From contig CP086569.2 in NCBI GenBank assembly GCA_009914755.4, forward strand, positions 62,144,001 through 62,208,000: a stretch of DNA of 64,000 bases, written 5' to 3'. This document shows, in pieces, positions 57,141 through 64,000 of the stretch (positions are counted from its first letter, which is position 1; every line of letters starts with the position of its first letter). The notes beneath the pieces were generated by a model that saw nothing but the letters and a program-made list of their open reading frames with translations, was not told the origin of the DNA and did no database searches. The stretch comes from the human T2T-CHM13v2.0 reference genome, Homo sapiens. A program made the position numbers and the translations under genes.

Positions 57141-59319
57141 AGTTTGAAGCAAAAGCTATGTACGATCCAGGGTAGTATGAGTAAGGAAAGGGTTAATGAG
57201 GGAGGGAAGAAAGAAGAACAAATAAAAAGCATGTCACTGAGTTGGCCACAGTCTGTTCCTTGGCAAGCTAATTTCGCAATTTTTTGTGACAGACCATATA
57301 AAACTACTACATCTCCATACAGCCCACGTGGTGGAGGAAAGGAGGTGAATTCATCTGCTAGCTCTCATCTCATTAGTCAAATTCTTCCCCATGTGATATT
57401 TACCCTTCTACATTTTTGGGTAGTGCGTGATGGGCACTTAAATATGTACCTTGGCATTTCATGCTTCAGCAATAATGGGAAGGATTGTGGCTCCACTATA
57501 AACAGTAAGGCAAGTATATGAATATAGGGAGATTAAATTTAAAGTGCTACACTAGGGTGGTGCTTTTACCTTATGTCTTTAATCACATTCCTTCGAAGTA
57601 AGTTAGAGATAACCTACCACCTTTAAAGTAAATAAAGCTTTATTGTGGCTCTTAGAACTGTACTATGTTTGCCTTCCTGAACCTATTTATTCTCTAGCTT
57701 GCTTTAAAGGGCTTCTTTTTTATATGGAAATTAATTCCCTGTTCAATTAAAGGAGTAACAAACTCTCAAAATATCTTTCTTCTTAATATAAAAAGGAATT
57801 TCATATTATTGAACTCCTCAAAAAGCATGTGTAAGTCAAAATATGTATGTGAAGGCACATATGTTCTTTTAGGTTCCATGAGCATAATAGCAGGAAAACT
57901 GGTTAAGTCAATAAATGCTGGGGAAGAAATGGCTAAACAAGGTATTCTGTAACATGAAAATAAAGCAATGAGTTGGTTGGCTGGCTTTTTAAAAAATATT
58001 TCAGCCACTAATTATGACACAGACACATTATAAGAATTATGCTACCTTTTATTCACATATACAATAGTTCCCTGTGTCCTATAGATCATTGTCACATAAA
58101 GCAAAAGCATTAGTGCCCCATTTGGACCTTTGGCCGAAGGTTTGATAAGATTTTGTAGGACTGAAATTCTTGGTCCCTTTATCCTAGTTTAGGCCCATAT
58201 CCTTATTTTCACTCTCAAAGATAAGATCATGACACTACCCGTGTTGCTGCTGTTAAAGGCCAGGATGGACAAGATAAGGAAAGGCATTTTGGGAATGACA
58301 CTGACTAATGTTAGGAATCTTGCTGTCATTACAATCCAAGTTATATATGTTTGCTCCCATATGTATTTGTTGGCCAATCTCCTGAAAAAGAAGAAGGTAA
58401 TTCTAACTCACACATTGTCATTCCCAAACTAACCCGGCAATCCTTTTGACCATACCAGGTAATAGTCATCCCTCTGATGGTAAAAGACAGAGATGTCAAG
58501 GCTCTGGAAGCTCCCAGGTCCTTGAAGAACTAACTAAACTGCTGAACACAGAAGTGGTAATGTAGGCAAGCCACAGGTATGTTCTCTTGTAACAAGATGG
58601 GGTTGACCATATGTGAACCCTGAAGAGTCATTTTGAACCTATGTCCTAAGGCCTAAAGTACTTTAATCCTCATCTTCAAAGTCTTACCACTCTGATAACA
58701 AAAAGAAACACTACAAAGAAACTGCAAGGAAAGGGACAGTCATTTTTTTTAATATCTACCAATTATTTAGTTATTCATATATGCATTTCTTTATATAGAA
58801 AAGTATTTATATGAAGTTTCCAAAAGACTCTGATATTCAGCTTTATAGTCTTGGATAGAAAATCATGTGTCCTTGGATGGGGATTCACACACCAAGGCTT
58901 AACAGAATTAGTTTGGGGAATACTCATTTTTACTCTAGAGATTAGTTGGCTTAAACAACTTTACTCGTGAATTTTTTTCTTAATGGAGGTGAAGACCTCC
59001 CAAAGAGGAGAAGGCCCCAGGCCTTTCTTAATATATAAACCATATTGAAAGAAAGAAAGAAAAAAGTAATGGGAAGTAATAGTAAATGTGGATCCAGAAA
59101 GAAAAACAAAGGTTAAGAAAATGATGTATGTGAAAGAAAAAAAGCTCTATAATCAGTGTGTTTCTCTCACCTAAAACACCATTTACTAACTACTTGGTTC
59201 AGTTGTACCCTTTAACTCTATTTTGTCCTTGACTTATATCAACACTCTTCTTTTCCAAACTCCTATAGCTCTCCATCTGGAATGATTCTATGGGGTGGGG
59301 GGTCGGGGGAGGAGAAAGG

Positions 59320-59375
59320 GAGACAGCAGAAGAAAGAAAGAGAGAGAAAGATAGAGAGAGAGAGAGAGATGGGTG
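59320..59375. repeat. (GA)n/(AGAA)n purine repeat
   Basis: GGGAGACAGCAGAAGAAAGAAAGAGAGAGAAAGATAGAGAGAGAGAGAGAGATGGG. Confidence 0.85.
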
Positions 59376-59689
59376 GAGACTTGGCCTCTCTCCTAGAGGT
59401 TCAAAGTTAGAATATGCCACTAACACTATCTGCCTTTCAAACTCCCTTCTAGGACATGCTCCATAGTACTTAGATCTTATATCAAATGACAAGGTTTCTC
59501 TCCTTCAGAGAGAAATACCAGACTGGATTTGTGGTTTCCCTGGATTGGTTTTTTCTGAGTCAAAGTGGTGTTGTAGAAATCACAGTACCCTGAGACCAAT
59601 TAAGTCAGAATCTTTGGAGGTGTTGAGGAATGGATTTTTAAAGTTCCCAGATGATTATAATATGCAAACAGATTTGAGAAAATTGAATC

Positions 59690-59940
59690 ACTTTATTCCA
59701 TAAATGCAGATAGTGAGGCTAAGAGAGGGAAAGTGACTTACTCATAACCACACCGTGAGTTAGTGACCAAGTCAGGATAAGAATCCAGGTCTGCAGACTC
59801 CTAGGCCAGAATTCTTGTCTTTATACTACACTGCTTCTATCTCTACCCTATTCCTCCTCTGAGCCTTTGCTTTTCTCATCTGTAAAATGACGATAATAAA
59901 GCCTAGAGAGTGTATGAGAATCATTAAAGCAGAAGCATTT
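59690..59940. mobile_element. Two MIR fragments in opposite orientations (inverted pair)
   Basis: 59690-59830 reverse MIR core (GCAGATAGTGAGGCTAAGAGAGGGAAAGTGACTTACTCATAACCACACCGTGAGTTAGTGACCAAGTCAGGATAAGAATCCAGGTCTGCAGACTCC). 59850-59940 forward core (TTTCTCATCTGTAAAATGACGATAATAAAGCCTAGAGAGTGTATGAGAATCATTAAAG). Confidence 0.5.
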
Positions 59941-60825
59941 TTCTTAATGTACAAGGTTCTATACAAATGCAAGGGAATTAATGTATAACATATATGTGGG
60001 GCTAAGTCTCTAAAACAACATAATAAAAGTTGTTTTTATTTTAGTCAATCATTTAGGTATTGTGTCTACCTGATAGCATGTAACAAGATTGAACACTTGT
60101 GTAGGTCGTATGTGCCTTTAATCTGAGGTTGGCCTCAGTGACAATCAAAATTAGCAGTTGAGGAAAAAGGTCATACATTTTTCTCTTGCCCTTGCTGGAA
60201 TAGGGATCAAGAGGAATATAAAAGCAGTGGGATATCTGGATTTCTTATACTCAGTCAACCACAACATGGCCTTAGTACTGAACTAGCCCAGGGTTTCAAT
60301 GGAACTCGTAGATCTCATTCCCAAGGCTGGTCCTGGTTGAAGGGAGAAGGTCAAAAAAGGACGTGTCTTCTGAAAGGCATTACCCATGGAAAGCCAAGGG
60401 GGAGGGTTGCCCACTAGGAGGAGCTTCTTTTGTAGAAGCCAGAATGGAGGAAAGGGGCTTTCTGACTTGGAGCATCTGAGGAAATAGATTATTTGAGGAT
60501 CTAGTACTCCCAGAATAATCTGTAACCACAAGAAACACATTTCTTGAACTCCAGCGCCCCAGAACAGGATATCCATATCCAATCCCATCGTATCCATCCT
60601 GGATGTTATGAATTTCCAGAGAGGGCCACTTCTACCCCCCTAGGAGTCATACATCTGGCTACTTATTTGTTAAAAATAAAATTCTGTACCATTTATAAAA
60701 TGGGCCTCTTATGTCTTCCTTATTTTGAAATTATAATATACATTCCTAATTCATCATTCATTTTTGCCAATGATTTTTAAGTATTTATTTGAAAGTTATT
60801 TTTAAATACAAAAATATATGTATTT

Positions 60826-60831
60826 AATAAA
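60826..60831 (+). terminator. SPRY3: Candidate polyadenylation signal (AATAAA) for the SPRY3 3' end
   Basis: TATTTAATAAAGCACTTCTTTATC. Position is consistent with a ~14-15 kb gene span recalled for SPRY3. Other AATAAA hexamers exist upstream (e.g. ~60667), so the assignment is tentative. Confidence 0.3.
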
Positions 60832-63539
60832 GCACTTCTTTATCTTCTTATTTGAACCATACTAAAAAATGTAAAACATGCCATGATTAAACTAGGTAAT
60901 TCTATATATCACATTACAAGTAAGTTTTAAAAATCTATTTGGTAAATATATTCTCATTTCATCTTGAAATACCTCCCTTTTAAGGGGAGGGTAGAGAGAC
61001 AATGAATTACTGTAAATCAAGAGGCCTAAAAGTATAATGACAAATATTTATAATTCAGATTCATCTCAGGCAGGGGTTTCTTTTCAGGTAATTAAGAGGT
61101 GATGACCTATGTTCAGGAAAAATTGGGTTGTTTAGAGGCCATGTAGGGGCCTATGATTTCCTAGAAAATATAGACCCAAAGAGCTCCTTGCTGGTAATTA
61201 CACCGCCGAAGAAGTTCGTATACTTTGCCTCACAACAATTAACACAAGAGCGTAGGTATGAGCTGCATAAAGTGCAGGTGAACAGAATGAAAAATCAGAC
61301 TCAATCTGTAGTTCTGAAGGAAGGGTCAAATTTGGTTGTGGTAGGTGTTAATAGTTGAAGAAACTGAAATCTATTTCAAGAGCACTTCAGATAAACAGGA
61401 TGGAGACTGAAGCCAAGAAGGAGAATAAACAGTAATTACTGCATAAGAGGCTAGAGCATACCTGAAGTCCAAAAGCAGCACTGAATTTAGAATCAGAAGA
61501 TATAGATAATATACAAGAGAGTGTGCAATGCAGGGAGCCATGCTTGATGGGTTTCATCTAAAGGATTGTAGCTCCACCTTTAGCAAGTTAGCTTTTCTGT
61601 GCCTAGTTTTGAACCCAGGAACCATGACTCTAAAGATTTTGTGCTCTTAACTACTGCAATCTTCTTTTCAGTACAAAAATGGCTACATTAATAGGATTAT
61701 AATGCATCCCGATTTGCCCAGGACTGTCTCAGCTAATACCTGTTTCTAAAATATTTATTAATAGTGCCTCCTTACACTCTGAGAGCGTATCTTGACATGA
61801 CTTGTATATAATTTTTAATATGATGTTTAATCCCCAATTGTTTATTATCCATCATACCCCCAAACTCTGAACCTCCCTTGTTACCCAGATTACATTCCCT
61901 CTCTCCCTCTAGCATACTTGCCTGACAAAATCTGAACCTTAAGTATAATCACTTGTTCCACATTTTCATCTAAACAGCTGAATGTGATTGGAGAAAAACA
62001 CAAAACGGTACATTCAAGCGTGCCCTTAGTACCACCGGGTATTATTTATTTCTCTCTTCAGTTTATTTTCAAATCAACTCTTTAAAAGGACTGCTTCACA
62101 CTTCTCTCTCATCACACCTCCAATACCCCACCTCCTCCATGCCTCCACTCCCATCCTATGACCTTGCAATATATCACTGGGAAAATAGCCTTTTCTTTTG
62201 AACTCACTCTAGCCAAGCTTTTAAACCAATGCTCCACCAAAATAGCTCTTTTCAATGTCACCAATGATCCTACCTTGCTAAATCCAATGGTCAATTCTCA
62301 GTCATCTTATTCAGTTTATCACTAGCATTTGTACCAGTCCATCGTGCCGTCTACATTAACAGCTACCCCCACCTGAGACAATGAGCCGCATGCAGTTAGT
62401 TTATTTGAGGGAAGTGATTCAGAAAACAGGAGAAGGGACTGAGAAAGGTGAGCCAGGAAAGGAAGGAACATCAGTCCAAGGGCATGTTATTGATCTGTTT
62501 ACTACTATAGGCAACTGAGGATTATTTCCACTGAAGATTATTCCCACTGAGGACTCTCTAAGGAGCCATGTAGAATGCGCCCCAGAATTTTCCATCAGAC
62601 ATAGAAGAGGAGAGTGTTTTTCTATCAAATCTCATCTCCCATTAATTAAGTGTAATCCTAGAGGGTGTTTACTCACTGGCACTTGCAAGTTGGCACATGA
62701 TTTGGACTCACTGAGCAGGGTCCTTCAGGTGATCCACATGGTGGTGGCAGAGAAGCCCCACAGCAGGAAGCAATAGTATGAGATAAAGCTGAATGAGGTA
62801 GCATCAAGCTACACCTACATGTAGTTACTGCAGCATGGCCTGAACAAAAAGGCGGTCCATATTGAAATATATTCTTTATTTGGCTTACAGCACACCACAC
62901 TCTGCTGATTCTCCTCTCACCTCATTGATCGCTCCCTCTCCAAGCCCTTTGATAGTTCTTCCTCATTTTCCTGAACTGTAAATATTAGTGTGCCTGAAGT
63001 TTCAGTTCTTAGTCCTCTTCTCCATCTACACTCACTCTTGTGGTGATCTCATCTAGTATCCTTGATTTAAACACCATTTATGTACTCACAACTCCAAAAT
63101 TTATAGCTCTAGCCCAATCTCTCCCCTGAATTCCAGAATGCTCACTTAAAATCTCTACCTACGAGCTTAATAATAATATAAAACAACATGTTTAACAGAT
63201 AAATCTTGATTTCTATGTCATTGAGTTTTCCCTCACCTCAGTAAATGATGATTCTATTCTTCAGAGACTCAAGCTGACCATTTGGAGGTATCCTTCACTT
63301 CTATCTTTTTCTCATGTCAATCGGTCAAGAAATCCTGTTGGCTCTACCCTCAAAATAGATCCAGAATTTGACTATTTCTCAGTATCATTACTGCTACTAC
63401 CTGTTCTGATCTACCATTATCTCCTCCCTCGATAATTGCAGCAGCTCTCTGATTCCACTAATCCCAAAGTCTAATCCCAACAGAGAAACTGCGATGATTG
63501 TTCTGAAGATGAAGGCCAGCCAGATCTTGTCATTCTTCT

Positions 63540-64000
63540 GCATAAAATCTTCCAGTGATCTTCCAATTAACTTAGAACCAGACTCATCTAGTTATGACTA
63601 TAAGGCCCTACATACTCTTCCCCTGCTATTTACATGGCCAGCTCTCTCACTTAATTCAGGAGTTCACTCAAATGTCACTTCCTCAAGGAGGCTTTCCCTG
63701 AATACCCTAAATCAGCATTGCTCATCATTTTATCCTCCTGTTTTGGTTCATTTTCCTTCATAGGAATTCTTACTACCTGATTATATTATATGTTACTGTT
63801 GAATAAATAAGTTAATATGTGGGAGTTTAAATTGGAATGGTCTTTCTTAAAGTCAGCAAATATTGATCAAATGTCTCTTATGTGCCAGACAGACATTGCT
63901 GTATGTACTGCTCCAGTCTGTTCCTTCCCAAAACTCTTCTCTTGCCCCTGGAAACTCTACTTCTTTCATTTCTCCATTTTTGGAATTAACTGGGATTACA
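63540..64000 (+). mobile_element. LINE-2 (L2) 3'-region fragment
   Basis: …TCACTCAAATGTCACTTCCTCAAGGAGGCTTTCCCTGAATACCCTAAATCAGCATTGCTCATCATTTTATCCTCCTGTTTTGGTTCATTTTCC…TGTGCCAGACAGACATTGCTG resembles the L2 3'UTR consensus (…CTCAAATGTCACCTCCTCAGAGAGGCCTTCCCTGACCACCCTATCTAAAATAGC…). Confidence 0.45.

Larger units (their letters stand above)
52947..60850 (+). other. SPRY3: Presumptive SPRY3 3'UTR (~7.9 kb), repeat-rich; end inferred from AATAAA at 60826
   Basis: No further splice-like signals identified. Canonical AATAAA at 60826-60831 in AT-rich context. SPRY3 is known to have an unusually long 3'UTR (established knowledge; exact length from memory only). Confidence 0.35.

Noticed and set aside
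62500-62560. Short imperfect local tandem duplication (GATTATTTCCACTGAAG / GATTATTCCCACTGAGG)
   Set aside because: Only two ~17-bp imperfect units; likely part of an old unclassified repeat. Too short to treat as a minisatellite.

Overview
This window is primate genomic DNA, almost certainly human, from the SPRY3 locus in PAR2 (Xq28/Yq12 pseudoautosomal region 2). Upstream of SPRY3 it is dense with interspersed repeats (L1, L2, Alu, MIR, Tigger1, a MER1-type hAT element, a solo ERV LTR); SPRY3 is the only intact host protein-coding gene I can find. Its entire 288-codon ORF (52080-52946, + strand) sits in one exon that opens with a strong splice acceptor at 51973/51974. A non-coding 5' exon ends at a consensus donor (AAG|GTAAGC) at 46343/46344. 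That 5' exon is preceded by a TATA box and contains or abuts a ~300-bp (GGA/GAGGAG)n polypurine tract. Downstream of the CDS lies a very long, repeat-rich presumptive 3' UTR, with an AATAAA at 60826. The first ~21 kb is a nest of LINE-1 insertions. A near-full-length but degenerate L1PA element (1001-7031, minus strand) with 13-bp target-site duplications splits an older plus-strand L1. A second L1PA 5' part (16618-21483) carries a solo HERV-K-like LTR inside ORF1 and stops abruptly within ORF2. All other reported ORFs are retrotransposon ORF fragments or artefacts of simple repeats. There are no prokaryotic features, no CRISPR arrays and no defence systems; the 'exciting undescribed system' premise does not fit this window. 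The most interesting material is the repeat architecture around the SPRY3 promoter/5'UTR and a few unusual nested-insertion junctions. All coordinates for repeats are approximate (about +/-20 bp) because they were read by eye.
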